Below are positions 18,716 to 28,100 of a stretch of 58,711 nt of DNA, piece by piece. This DNA comes from Candidatus Jorgensenbacteria bacterium CG03_land_8_20_14_0_80_38_39 (lineage in GTDB: Bacteria > Patescibacteriota > Minisyncoccia > UBA6257 > GWB1-50-10), in NCBI GenBank assembly GCA_002781185.1, contig PEUU01000020.1, forward strand, positions 1 through 58,711, written 5' to 3'. Each line of letters begins with the position of its first letter. Position 1 is the stretch's first letter. The translations under genes were made by a program, and so were the position numbers. The notes beneath the pieces were generated by a model. That model was not told where the DNA came from and did not search any database. It saw nothing but the letters and a program-made list of their open reading frames with translations.

Positions 18716-21082
18716 TTAAGTTCGAAGGCGCAGGTAAATTTCTTTTTCCACTTCTTGACGATTCCGGCCGTATTTCAAACGAGAAAGTTTCTTGAGCCCG
18801 GAAACAATTTGAGGGTCGCCTTTTAACGGCGCCGGGGTTTTAATATTAAAAGGGCTGGCGGGCTGATTATTAATTAATAATTTTACATGGGCATTAAAAT
18901 TATCAATATTAATCAGGTCGGAAATGGTAAAAATCGGTTCAAATTGTTTAACCACAAATTCGGCGTCTTGAGCACTAATGCGAAAAGCCGCCATTGAACC
19001 GACATTGCCAAAAACCGCATCCCGAATCTTCTCGGTTAATTGAGCGATGAACTGGTGGGCAATAATTAAATCAAGCCGGTATTTTCTGGCTTCGGAAAGA
19101 ATGGTGGCAATGGAGTCCGTTGAAAAATTTTGAAATTCGTCAATGTAAAGATAAAAATCTTGACGCTCGCTTTCCGGCGTATCAACCCGGCTGAAAGCAG
19201 CTTTCAAAAGCTTACCAATAATAACCATCCCCAAAAGGTTGGCGTTAATATCGCCGATTCGCCCTTTTGAAAGATTAACTATAAGGATTTTTCCCTCATC
19301 CATTATTTTTCTGAAATCAATTGTTGAACGAAACTGGCCAATAATTGGCCGGACATAATCATTGGTCAGAAAAACGTTGAACTTGGAAGTAATGTAAGGA
19401 GTTACGTTTTGAAGAGCGGCCTCGCCGCCAGCCTTAATTGCTTCTTTTGTCCAAAAATCAACCACGATAGGATTGCTAATCCGACTTAGTTTTCTTTCCC
19501 GGTAATCGGCATCGGTAAAAATTCTCGGGACTTCAGTCAAAGTTGCCGGTTCATTAGGCATATCTTCCATTAAAAGCTGCAGGGCATTTCTCAAATACTG
19601 CTCAAACATCGGGCCGCCCGTAGTTTTTAAATCGTAAAGTTTATCAAAAATCTCCAACATTTCATTAACAATGAAAGTTTTTTCTTCCGGCCGGTTAAAA
19701 TCGTATTCCAACATATTCAATCCAACGGGTTTTTCTAAATCCGAGGGGTCAAAAATAACGACGTCTTCAAATCTTTCTTGAGGAACCAAAGACAAAATAG
19801 CTTCGGCCGTGTCGCCGTGTGGGTCAATAATTGCTGCTCCTTTCCCTTTTTTAATATCGTCACTGACCATATTGCTTAACAACACTGATTTGCCGGTGCC
19901 GGTTTGCCCAATAATATAAAGGTGGCGACGCCGGTCTTTGTCGGTTAAATAAACCGGTTTTACTTGACCGCGAAACAAGCTCGTGCCGAGTAATAATCCT
20001 TTTTCCGGCAAATTCGCCGGCGGTTCCGCTTCCTTGGATTTAAGCCATTTTATTTTTGCTACTTCGGTAAAGACTGTTGGCAAATGAAAAATACTAACTA
20101 ATTCTTCGCTGTTTAAGACCATTGAAGTTTTAGAATCAAACTCCCTAAAAGAAAATTGATGAATAATTTTTTGCAAATTTTTTGGCTTTGTTATTTTAAA
20201 AAAATTGCGCTCCGGCGAAGCAAATTGAGAAAAACCGCCGGCTAAACTTTCTAAAATTGACTGGGCTTCCACTGGGTTGGTTGCCGAAGCCATCAAGCGA
20301 ACATTAACTTGAAAAAGCGGCTTGGAAAGCTTCATCTCCACGGCTTTGATGGCTGATTCGTCAATAACTTTTTCGCTTTTATTTTCTTTTTTCTCTGAAG
20401 GGCTCAAAGCTTCGGAAATATCCGCCATTGTCAGTTTCTCGGCTGATTCCGTGATTTTTCCTCCTTTTTTCACATTTTTTAAGACAGCGGCAATTTCTTT
20501 TTTAGTGGAAGGGAGCGCCGGTTGAACAACTACTTGAATTGCCCCGCCTTCTCCCAAAACATTAACCTTGGAAAGACCTCCTAAAATCGGCGAAAAGGTA
20601 TCGCTGTTTAATTCCTGATAAGTTTTTATCGGCAGGGCGGCTTTTTCTTTTTGAAAAACCAAAGCTCCCGCCGCAACGCCGTAATAATTAAAAATATTGT
20701 AATCCTCAACCGGCTCAACTTGAGACGCCGGAAAAAACGCTTGGATTTGCCTTTCCACCGAAGACAAATAAGAAGCGGGAACGGCTAAATAAAAAATAAT
20801 TTCCTCCCCCACATAAGGGACGGCGGCTTCAAAAATAAACGGTTTTTTTATTGAAGCTAAAGTGTTAAAAAGCTGTTCGGAAATATTTATTTCCTGCTTC
20901 AAATCTTTGCCTTCTTTTGAACTCTTAACTAGTTTAATGGCTAAAAGTTTTAATTGCAGTTCGTCCAAAAGTTTTTGATAGCGTTGCTTTTTAAAAAAAT
21001 GATAAAATAAAAAACCGCCGCCAGCCGCTAAAATTATTAAAAGAAGGAAATAAAAAAACATAGGCAATTTATTTGATGGCAC
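18716..21082 (-). CDS. Membrane-anchored P-loop ATPase, TraD/VirD4/DUF87 (HerA-FtsK-like) type
   Basis: 788 aa with an N-terminal TM segment, Walker A GQTGTGKS and Walker B-like YLYIDEFQNF. It lies directly downstream of the pilus genes. Confidence 0.65.
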   Translation of the reverse strand: MPSNKLPMFFYFLLLIILAAGGGFLFYHFFKKQRYQKLLDELQLKLLAIKLVKSSKEGKDLKQEINISEQLFNTLASIKKPFIFEAAVPYVGEEIIFYLAVPASYLSSVERQIQAFFPASQVEPVEDYNIFNYYGVAAGALVFQKEKAALPIKTYQELNSDTFSPILGGLSKVNVLGEGGAIQVVVQPALPSTKKEIAAVLKNVKKGGKITESAEKLTMADISEALSPSEKKENKSEKVIDESAIKAVEMKLSKPLFQVNVRLMASATNPVEAQSILESLAGGFSQFASPERNFFKITKPKNLQKIIHQFSFREFDSKTSMVLNSEELVSIFHLPTVFTEVAKIKWLKSKEAEPPANLPEKGLLLGTSLFRGQVKPVYLTDKDRRRHLYIIGQTGTGKSVLLSNMVSDDIKKGKGAAIIDPHGDTAEAILSLVPQERFEDVVIFDPSDLEKPVGLNMLEYDFNRPEEKTFIVNEMLEIFDKLYDLKTTGGPMFEQYLRNALQLLMEDMPNEPATLTEVPRIFTDADYRERKLSRISNPIVVDFWTKEAIKAGGEAALQNVTPYITSKFNVFLTNDYVRPIIGQFRSTIDFRKIMDEGKILIVNLSKGRIGDINANLLGMVIIGKLLKAAFSRVDTPESERQDFYLYIDEFQNFSTDSIATILSEARKYRLDLIIAHQFIAQLTEKIRDAVFGNVGSMAAFRISAQDAEFVVKQFEPIFTISDLINIDNFNAHVKLLINNQPASPFNIKTPAPLKGDPQIVSGLKKLSRLKYGRNRQEVEKEIYLRLRT

Positions 21083-21488
21083 CCCGTTGTTTTAATTCGG
21101 GTATAAGTTTATCTACCAAAGCATCGTGATAAGCATCTTGAATAAAGGGCAGCTGCTTTTGGGCTTCTTTAATGCCCTTTTCTAATCCCTGATGCCAAGT
21201 TAAATCCAGCAGGCGTTCAATTTTAAACTTAATTTCCGGTTTAACGCCGGCTCCTTGAAGATAACCGGGCAGAGAAGAATCTGAAGCGCCGCCAGCCGAA
21301 GCCGGCGGAGAAACAGCTGGTGGCTGAACCGGGCTAAAAACATTTAAAGACTGCTTCACAAGCTCTCGCTCGGGAAGATTTTTAAATTCAGCTATTTCTC
21401 TTTTTCCCTGAATTTCTTTTGACAGGCGCTGAATGTCTTTTTCCAAAAACTCATGAAAAGAAATTGGGCTGGGTTGTTGATTAACCAT
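21069..21488 (-). CDS. Hypothetical protein
   Basis: 139-aa ORF translationally coupled to the ATPase. It has a Pro/Ala-rich centre. Family unknown. Confidence 0.4.
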   Translation of the reverse strand: MVNQQPSPISFHEFLEKDIQRLSKEIQGKREIAEFKNLPERELVKQSLNVFSPVQPPAVSPPASAGGASDSSLPGYLQGAGVKPEIKFKIERLLDLTWHQGLEKGIKEAQKQLPFIQDAYHDALVDKLIPELKQRGAIK

Positions 21489-21502
21489 ATTTTAACATTT
21501 TA

Positions 21503-22168
21503 TTAAAAGCCCTGAATTTTAATTGAACCGGATGTTGAAGCATTAACATTAGTGGAAGAAGCGTATTGATTATTCGGGTCTGTGAGCGGTCCTTCTTGGC
21601 CGCTGCCGCCGGACCAATCAGTTTGCTTAAAAACTTTGTTTTTCCAGCGGGTTAGATAATTAAAAATTGTTACTTGAGTAGTTTTTCCGCCGGCTTGCCA
21701 TTGAGCGTAAGAAGTTATTTTTTGAGTTGAAGGGTCATCAGAAGAGCCGCTGACGCAGGGAGCTGTTCCGGTAATAGTGCTTGAAGAATCATCGGAGCGG
21801 CAGACATTTTCAATGGAAAAGAAAAGAGCGTAATTAACCCCTCCGACACTTACCGACTGGGTACCGGTAGCAATTGTCAAGGCTGTTCCCGAGGCATTAA
21901 CATAATATTGAGTGCTTGAACCTTTAGTGGGAAGATTATAAATGTCATTCCAATTGGCGCCACCAATCACCTTTATTTTATCGGATAATTGCTGAACCAA
22001 GGAAGAAGCTGATTGCGTTTTTTGATTAGCCGTGTTGGATTGAAGCATAAAAGAAATGGCTATACTGGCTCCGGCAATGACAATAGCGGCAATACCCAAA
22101 CCAACCAGCACTTCTATTAAAGACTGACCCCTTGAATTTAAATAATTTTTAGTTTTGAATTTGACCAT
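21503..22168 (-). CDS. Type IV pilin-like protein (minor pilin)
   Basis: Prepilin-type N-terminus RGQSLIEVLVGLGIAAIVIAG. Confidence 0.7.
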   Translation of the reverse strand: MVKFKTKNYLNSRGQSLIEVLVGLGIAAIVIAGASIAISFMLQSNTANQKTQSASSLVQQLSDKIKVIGGANWNDIYNLPTKGSSTQYYVNASGTALTIATGTQSVSVGGVNYALFFSIENVCRSDDSSSTITGTAPCVSGSSDDPSTQKITSYAQWQAGGKTTQVTIFNYLTRWKNKVFKQTDWSGGSGQEGPLTDPNNQYASSTNVNASTSGSIKIQGF

Positions 22169-22670
22169 TGGAATTAATGTTAATAGTGCTGGAAACAGTT
22201 GAATTTGATACTAAATTAATTTTAACGGTTGTTGAGACTTGAGGCAAGCCGGAAATTGCCGAAAAAATAACGTCTTTTGAAAGACCGGCTGAGGGGTCTG
22301 AAAATTGAATATATGACTTGAGAAAATAAGTGGTTTCAACTGTTCCCGAGGCATAGCTGGAACCCTTAAAAACAATGTAGCTATGGTTGGTGCTGGTGGA
22401 ATTTTGAAAACGGATACCCCAGGTTTTTCCGTTTTCCTGAGTTATTGACCTATTTTGAGTATTTCGAATAACCGCCACCATTCCTTGAGCAGTCGAACTC
22501 AATTCCCGAGAGCGGCGTAAGTTTGGCGAGCTTACAAAAACTACGGCGAAAATAATGGCAGTTATTGCTATGACTATCAAAAATTCCATCAAAGTGTAAC
22601 CGCTTGATTTTTTTAGTGACTTCATAAATTGAGAAATTAAATAATTATTCAACACTTTCCTCCTAAGCAT
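22149..22670 (-). CDS. Type IV pilin-like protein (minor pilin)
   Basis: Prepilin-type N-terminus SGYTLMEFLIVIAITAIIFAV. The likely true start is the ATG at 22625 (MKSLKK). Confidence 0.7.
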   Translation of the reverse strand: MLRRKVLNNYLISQFMKSLKKSSGYTLMEFLIVIAITAIIFAVVFVSSPNLRRSRELSSTAQGMVAVIRNTQNRSITQENGKTWGIRFQNSTSTNHSYIVFKGSSYASGTVETTYFLKSYIQFSDPSAGLSKDVIFSAISGLPQVSTTVKINLVSNSTVSSTININSNGQIQN

Positions 22671-22730
22671 GTGAGCCGAAGGATCTTTTACGCATATTTA
22701 TGAAAACCTTCACTCCGTTCAGAGCCTGTT

Positions 22731-23939
22731 TTAAAACTGAGAGGTAAGTTGATAAATAGGAATTAAAATTGCCAAAGCAATCAAACCAATGATAAACCCG
22801 ATGCTTAAAAGCAAAAGCGGCTCCAAAAAAGCAACCAAGGCTTTTAAAGAACTGTCAATTTCTTTAGTGTAAAAATCCGCCAAGGTTGATAAAATTTCTT
22901 CCAAATGGCCGGCCTTTTCCGAAATGGTCACTAAATTAGCAACCGTTCGGGGGAAAAACGGCTCGCGCCGGAAAGCTTCACCGATTGTCAATCCCCGACT
23001 TAAACCTTCGCGGGAGATTCTGACCAAAGCTCTTTGAAGTTCCAAATTGCCGACAGCGCTGGCCGTTACTTCCAAAGCTTCGGTCAGAGACATGCCGGCT
23101 TTAATGAGAGAACTTAAAATTGAAGCAAATCTTTGAAGGGCGATTTTTCTGAATAAATCTTTAATAACCGGCAAGTCGGCAATAATTGCCATCAGCCAAT
23201 TTTTGAAAACCAGCGAGGACCTGAAAAGATAAAAGAAAACTCCAAAAACTAAAACAAAAAGAAGCAAAAACCAAATTCCGTAATGACCAAAAAACAAACC
23301 GACGCCAAAAACAACACGGGAAAAGAAGGGCGGCTGAAAACCGCTTTCGGAAAAAACATTGGCGATTTTCGGCAAGGCAAAGCTTACTAAAAATATCACG
23401 ATTAAAATTGAAGTGACTAGCAAAATGGTCGGATAAATCATGGCCCCGCGGATTTGGTCTTTTAATTCCTTTTGCTTGGTCAACATTTCGCTCAAATTAT
23501 CAAAGACTTTTTCCAAATTACCCGAGGTTTCGCCGGCTTTAATTAAATTTATGTAAACTTGGCTAAAGGTTTGAGGATGCCTGGCAAAAGTGGTATAAAA
23601 AGGCTGACCTTTTTCCAAGCCGGCTCGGATTTCCAAAAGCAAAAACCGGACTGATTTTTTTGTAAAATCTTCCACTAAAATGTTAATGGCTTGAAAAAGG
23701 CCGGTGCCCATTTTAAGCATCAAGGCTAAATATTTAGAAAGGAAAACCTGGTCAGTTAAATTAATCCGGGCCTTGCCGAATCTTCTTTCTCCACCCAATT
23801 CCTTTTCAATTTGTTTAACGCTGACGGGTTTTAAATTATGGTCTCTTAAATATTCCAAAACTTGATTTACATCCTTAGACTCTAAATCATTTTCCGTTAT
23901 TTTACCGTCCGCTTGAAAAGCAATGTAATGAAATTTCAT
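22731..23939 (-). CDS. pilC: Type IV pilus assembly platform protein PilC (GspF family)
   Basis: 402 aa with two GspF-type repeats and 3 TM segments. It lies immediately after pilB. Confidence 0.85.
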   Translation of the reverse strand: MKFHYIAFQADGKITENDLESKDVNQVLEYLRDHNLKPVSVKQIEKELGGERRFGKARINLTDQVFLSKYLALMLKMGTGLFQAINILVEDFTKKSVRFLLLEIRAGLEKGQPFYTTFARHPQTFSQVYINLIKAGETSGNLEKVFDNLSEMLTKQKELKDQIRGAMIYPTILLVTSILIVIFLVSFALPKIANVFSESGFQPPFFSRVVFGVGLFFGHYGIWFLLLFVLVFGVFFYLFRSSLVFKNWLMAIIADLPVIKDLFRKIALQRFASILSSLIKAGMSLTEALEVTASAVGNLELQRALVRISREGLSRGLTIGEAFRREPFFPRTVANLVTISEKAGHLEEILSTLADFYTKEIDSSLKALVAFLEPLLLLSIGFIIGLIALAILIPIYQLTSQF

Positions 23940-23944
23940 AATTT

Positions 23945-25660
23945 TTATTCCCTAATAACTCTTAAAACTTCTTCAATGGTAGTTAAGCCAAGCTCAATTT
24001 TCTTTAACCCGTCTTCAAACATTGTTATCATTCCTTCGCTTTGGGCTTCTTTTTTTAAAACATCCAAGGAAAAATGCGAGCCAATAATCAAGCGGCGAAT
24101 GTTTTCGTTAATATCTAAAACTTCAAAAAGACCGATTCGCCCCAAATAACCGGTATAATTGCAAGCCGGGCAACCCTTGCCCCGATAAAAAATGCTGGGA
24201 ATTTTAACTTGAGCCGGGTCTAAATTTAGTTCTTTAAGCTGGATTTTAACGAGATTTAAAACTTCCGAAGACGGAACGTAAGATTCTATACATTCAGAAT
24301 GAATCTTTCGGGCTAAACGCTGGGCCGTAACGACATTTAAAACCGCGGCCACCAAAAACGGCGGCACTCCCATATCAATTAATCTCGGCACCGCGGCCGG
24401 AGCATCAATGGTATGCAAACTGGACAAAACTAAATGGCCGGTTAAAGCGGATTGAACTGAAATATTGGCGGTTTCGCTATCTCGAATTTCGCCGACCATT
24501 ATCACGTCCGGGTCCTGCCGAAGAATTGAGCGCAACCCCGAGGCAAAAGTAATGCCCGCCGCCGGATTAATTTGAATTTGATTGATGTAACGCATGTCAT
24601 ATTCTATGGGGTCTTCAATGGAAATAATGTTTACCTCCGGCCGATTCAAAACGTTCATAATGGAATAAAGAGTGGTGGTTTTGCCAGCCCCAGTCGGTCC
24701 GCAAACCAAAATCATGCCGTAAGTTTTGCCGGTAGAGGCTTCAATTAATTTCCGGACATAATCCGTCATCCCCAATTCGGAAAAAGAAAGAGGTTTTTGA
24801 GCGGCCGAAAGAAGACGCATTTCCGCTTTCTCGCCATAAAAAGTCGGTATAATAGAAACCCTAACATCCACCAACATATCGCTGACTCTATAACGGAAGC
24901 GGCCGTCCTGAGGATGAGTATGTTCATCAAGACGCAAACTGGCTAAAAGTTTAATGCGGGCGATAATGGCCGGCTGAATTTCTTTGGGCATTCTAGTTAT
25001 CTCATGCAAAATTCCGTCTATTCGGAAACGAACCAAAATGGTGTCTTCCAAAATTTCAATATGAATGTCAGAGGCCCGAATAGCCAGACCGTAACTTAGT
25101 AAATTATCCACGATGGCGACAATCGGCAAATCCAAAGCCGCTTCTTCCAAACGCGCTTTGGCTTTGGAACGCAAAGATTCTTTAATGCTTTCCTCAATGA
25201 GTTTTTTGAAACTCTCCGTTGATTCTCGGCCGTAAAAAGCGAAGCCGCGGTTTAAGTCTTCGTCCGTAGCCAAAAAGGGCTTAATTTTATTTCCCAAACG
25301 AAGAGTCAAAAAATCAATAGCCTCTAAATCGGTCGGGTCAGCCATTGCCACATCAAAAGTTCCGTCGGCTTCTTGAGCAAAAACAACCACGTGCCTTACC
25401 TTTGCCACGTCTTCCGGCAAAGATTGAATAACCTTTTCATTAATCCTCATTAAGCTGAAATTAACCCGATTGACGCCAAAATATCTGGCTAAAAGCAAAT
25501 AAAGGTAATCGCGGTTAACGATACCCCGGGAAATCAAAATATCAATCAAATTTTGTTTTTTTAATTGAGCTTCTTTTTGAATTTCCTCAAATAAGCCGGC
25601 TTCAATAATCCCTTCTTTAATTAAAAGGTCTTTTAATTTAGCCGGCGAAATATTAACCAT
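23945..25660 (-). CDS. pilB: Type IV pilus assembly ATPase PilB (GspE family)
   Basis: 571 aa with Walker A GPTGAGKTTT, the GEIRD box and a C-terminal Cys cluster GCPACNYTGY. Confidence 0.9.
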   Translation of the reverse strand: MVNISPAKLKDLLIKEGIIEAGLFEEIQKEAQLKKQNLIDILISRGIVNRDYLYLLLARYFGVNRVNFSLMRINEKVIQSLPEDVAKVRHVVVFAQEADGTFDVAMADPTDLEAIDFLTLRLGNKIKPFLATDEDLNRGFAFYGRESTESFKKLIEESIKESLRSKAKARLEEAALDLPIVAIVDNLLSYGLAIRASDIHIEILEDTILVRFRIDGILHEITRMPKEIQPAIIARIKLLASLRLDEHTHPQDGRFRYRVSDMLVDVRVSIIPTFYGEKAEMRLLSAAQKPLSFSELGMTDYVRKLIEASTGKTYGMILVCGPTGAGKTTTLYSIMNVLNRPEVNIISIEDPIEYDMRYINQIQINPAAGITFASGLRSILRQDPDVIMVGEIRDSETANISVQSALTGHLVLSSLHTIDAPAAVPRLIDMGVPPFLVAAVLNVVTAQRLARKIHSECIESYVPSSEVLNLVKIQLKELNLDPAQVKIPSIFYRGKGCPACNYTGYLGRIGLFEVLDINENIRRLIIGSHFSLDVLKKEAQSEGMITMFEDGLKKIELGLTTIEEVLRVIRE

Positions 25661-25792
25661 ACCAGGTAGTAGAAACTTGATTATTACTTATGATAATATT
25701 TTGACCTTTTGATGAACATTGTTTTTTTGATTATTTTTTGCCAATAGCTGAACTCTTTTTGTCCCGCCAAGGCGGGACAAATCAAGTTTTCA

Positions 25793-26350
25793 CTACCTGG
25801 CATAAATTATCCTTATTATTATAACCAAAATAGCTAAGGGAAGCCAGAAGTGATAAAAGGATAGGCGAACTTTTTGCTTTTTGAACAAAGAAACAAAAAC
25901 CGAACTCAATAAACCCAAGCCCAAAACCGAAGTTAAATAATAAAGGAAAAAGGGATGACTTAAAATAAATATTGCCAAGGCTCCTAAATAAGGTTCTTCA
26001 TCTTCAAAAAATCTTTTTTGAAAAAAAAGATTGGCTTTAATGGCAAGGATTAAAAAAATAAAAGCGGCGCCTAAAGAAATCAAATAGTTAATCCCTAAAT
26101 GAGTTATATTGTAAACAATAACAAAAAGAGGAGGTTTAAAAGGCGGCACCAAAAAACGGAAAAGAGGAGATTGACGCCAAATTTCACCTTGAAGAAAAGT
26201 TAAATAAATAAAAATTAAAACAGCAACGGCAACAACAAACCAAAATAAATATTTAAAAATAACCGGCCTCTTTAAAAAGCCGTAAAAATAAAGAAGCTGC
26301 AAAATAAAAACAATCAGCAAAATCGCTAAAGAAATCAGAAGAACCAGCAT
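25793..26350 (-). CDS. Polytopic membrane protein, unknown function
   Basis: 185-aa hydrophobic ORF. I recognise no family. Confidence 0.4.
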   Translation of the reverse strand: MLVLLISLAILLIVFILQLLYFYGFLKRPVIFKYLFWFVVAVAVLIFIYLTFLQGEIWRQSPLFRFLVPPFKPPLFVIVYNITHLGINYLISLGAAFIFLILAIKANLFFQKRFFEDEEPYLGALAIFILSHPFFLYYLTSVLGLGLLSSVFVSLFKKQKVRLSFYHFWLPLAILVIIIRIIYAR

Positions 26351-26406
26351 TTTTTAATTATAACAAACCCCGGCCTTGATGTCCCTGGAAAATAAAATCA
26401 TTGTAC

Positions 26407-26529
26407 CGATCCAAAACTACGAATCTTACGAATCTATCAGCGATTCAAAACTACGAATCCATCCGAATCTACAAATATATGAATAAATAATTTCTTTAAG
26501 AATAAAAGCGATCCAAAACTACAAATCGG
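26407..26529. repeat. Copies of the tacgaat/tacaaat repeat family
   Basis: cgatccaaaactacgaatcttacgaatctatcag (26407-26440), cgattcaaaactacgaatccatccgaatctacaaat (26441-76) and cgatccaaaactacaaatcgg (26509-29). The same about 36-nt unit occurs in 16S insertion 4 and inside rpe. Confidence 0.85.
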
Positions 26530-26535
26530 TTCAGG

Positions 26536-26609
26536 GATCCTTCGTCGTGGAATTTAGATGATAGCTTCGCTAGATCCTTCGTCGTAAAATTTAGATGATA
26601 GCTTCGCTA
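26536..26609. repeat. 37-bp tandem direct repeat (2 copies)
   Basis: gatccttcgtcgtggaatttagatgatagcttcgcta occurs twice with 2 mismatches. The first 26 nt recur at 34598-34623. Confidence 0.9.
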
Positions 26610-26617
26610 TCACTTGT

Positions 26618-27175
26618 TTATAAAACTAAGGAATTGCCGACTTCGTAAACTGTAGCATTGTCACCGCCATCTGTGGAAACCACATCCGAGCCTCCGCTGC
26701 TTCCATACTTAGTACTTTCCATTCGGGCATCAATTTCGTATGTCGTACTGCTACAACCGTAAGAATAAAAATAACTGGTGCTATTAACCGGGTCCATTGG
26801 TTCTTTGGACAAAGGCGAACCAGCTGAAATAGAGGCAAAATTAACATCCACCCAGCCAGTGTTAGTGACAGAAGTGGAAGTGGAAACACTGCAAGCCGTC
26901 CGAGTTGTTAAACCCGAGGTGCTGCTGGCCGTACATCTGGCAGTACCGCCGGCACAAGTTCCTAAAGAAGGCGAACTAACATCAGCTAAGTACAGGGAAA
27001 TGGCGCTGTTTAAAGCAGCCAAATCAGAAATTCTGGTTGAATCCCGAGCTTGTTTTAAAAGCTGAGCCGGGTTTAAAACCGTTATTACGGCCGTGGCTAA
27101 AATCGCCAAGATAGCAATAACAATTAAAAGTTCAATCAAAGTAAAACCCTTTTTTGAATTAATTTTGTTTCGCAT
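26618..27175 (-). CDS. Type IV (major) pilin
   Basis: 185 aa with the prepilin leader followed by KGFTLIELLIVIAILAILATAVI, then a Ser/Thr/Cys-rich globular part. Confidence 0.85.
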   Translation of the reverse strand: MRNKINSKKGFTLIELLIVIAILAILATAVITVLNPAQLLKQARDSTRISDLAALNSAISLYLADVSSPSLGTCAGGTARCTASSTSGLTTRTACSVSTSTSVTNTGWVDVNFASISAGSPLSKEPMDPVNSTSYFYSYGCSSTTYEIDARMESTKYGSSGGSDVVSTDGGDNATVYEVGNSLVL

Positions 27176-27313
27176 TGTTTATTTATTAAGTTTATTTATT
27201 AAATCGACCTTTTTAAATATTATATCATCTAACCCCCCCCTGCAATAATAAAACTGTGGATAACTGCCATTGTTGTTTGCGAGGCTTAAGCCGAGCAATT
27301 ACAACAATGAGCA

Positions 27314-27565
27314 CCCCGCCCTCTAAGCATTGATTCTTTTCTTGAGCGCTCGCCAAGCGCTACCATAATATTTAAGTTTTTGTTCCCTAATTCTGGCATC
27401 TTGTTCATAAGGATAGGCTTCGTAATAAACTAATTTGTCTTTTGGAAATTTTCGTTGATGTTCTTTAACTCGACGCTCTAAATCATTTGTATAGCCCACA
27501 TATAATTCATTATTCTTCTGATTTTTCATTACATAGACGTAATACATAGCGCATAGAGGGCGGGG
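27314..27565. mobile_element. Compact GIY-YIG cassette bounded by perfect 11-bp inverted repeats
   Basis: ccccgccctct (27314-27324) and agagggcgggg (27555-27565) exactly bracket the 74-aa ORF. Further hairpins flank it at 27274-27310 and 27571-27618. Confidence 0.6.
27323..27547 (-). CDS. GIY-YIG nuclease-family small protein
   Basis: 74 aa with motif YYVYVM…LYVGYTNDLERRVKEH. Confidence 0.85.
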   Translation of the reverse strand: MYYVYVMKNQKNNELYVGYTNDLERRVKEHQRKFPKDKLVYYEAYPYEQDARIREQKLKYYGSAWRALKKRINA

Positions 27566-27624
27566 TTCTTGATTTTGTTACTAAAAATTTTTCGCCTAAT
27601 GGCTCAAATTTTTAGACAAAATCA

Positions 27625-27999
27625 TTAAACCAGCATTTCTCTGATTTTGCCTACTAGTTCATCAATGGTCACTTGGGCTTTAACGAAATAATTAATAGCT
27701 CCCAAAGAGCGGCCTTTTTGGATGTCGCTTTCTTGGCCAAGGTTAGAAATAATAGCCACCGGCGCGCTTTGAAGCTCGGGATTTTTTTGCAGTTCCTCTA
27801 AAATTTCAAAACCGGAAATTTTTGGCAAAATAATATCCAAAAGAATGATGTCCGGCTTTGTTTCTCTTAAAAATTTTAAAGCCATTTCTCCATCTCGGGC
27901 TTGAAAAACCTTAAAACCTTCTTTTTCCAGCCGGCTTTTCAAAATATTAGAAAGGAGAAGCTCATCTTCCACCAAAAGAATATTTTTTTGCTCTGACAT
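27625..27999 (-). CDS. Stand-alone response-regulator receiver domain (CheY-like)
   Basis: ILLVEDE, DIILLDIILP and the conserved K region are present, with no output domain. The ATG at 27999 is preferred over the track start at 28023. Confidence 0.85.
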   Translation of the reverse strand: MSEQKNILLVEDELLLSNILKSRLEKEGFKVFQARDGEMALKFLRETKPDIILLDIILPKISGFEILEELQKNPELQSAPVAIISNLGQESDIQKGRSLGAINYFVKAQVTIDELVGKIREMLV

Positions 28000-28019
28000 A
28001 AAATAATTATACCAAATTA

Positions 28020-28100
28020 TCAACGAATTACAAATCGGTTCCGAATATACGAATTATAAATTCTTATTCGTAAATTCGTAAAAAATTCATAATTCGTTGA
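28020..28100. repeat. Hairpin built from tacgaat-family units
   Basis: tcaacgaatta…taattcgttga arms enclose cgaat/caaat repeats. It lies between the response-regulator gene and the 16S 3' end. Confidence 0.7.

Noticed and set aside
25760-25783. Hairpin ttgtcccgcc-aa-ggcgggacaa as an intrinsic terminator
   Set aside because: The 10-bp stem is perfect, but no T-run follows on either strand. It is reported only as a hairpin of unknown role.
26626-27065. ORFs 26626-26889 (minus) and 26778-27065 (plus) overlapping the pilin gene
   Set aside because: They are alternative frames of the pilin CDS, which has a clear prepilin leader. No independent support exists.
27255-27263. Perfect DnaA-box 9-mers tgtggataa (also at 55458-55466), suggesting oriC
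   Set aside because: They are two isolated boxes 28 kb apart. There is no cluster, no adjacent dnaA/dnaN and no AT-rich unwinding element pattern. This is insufficient for an origin call.
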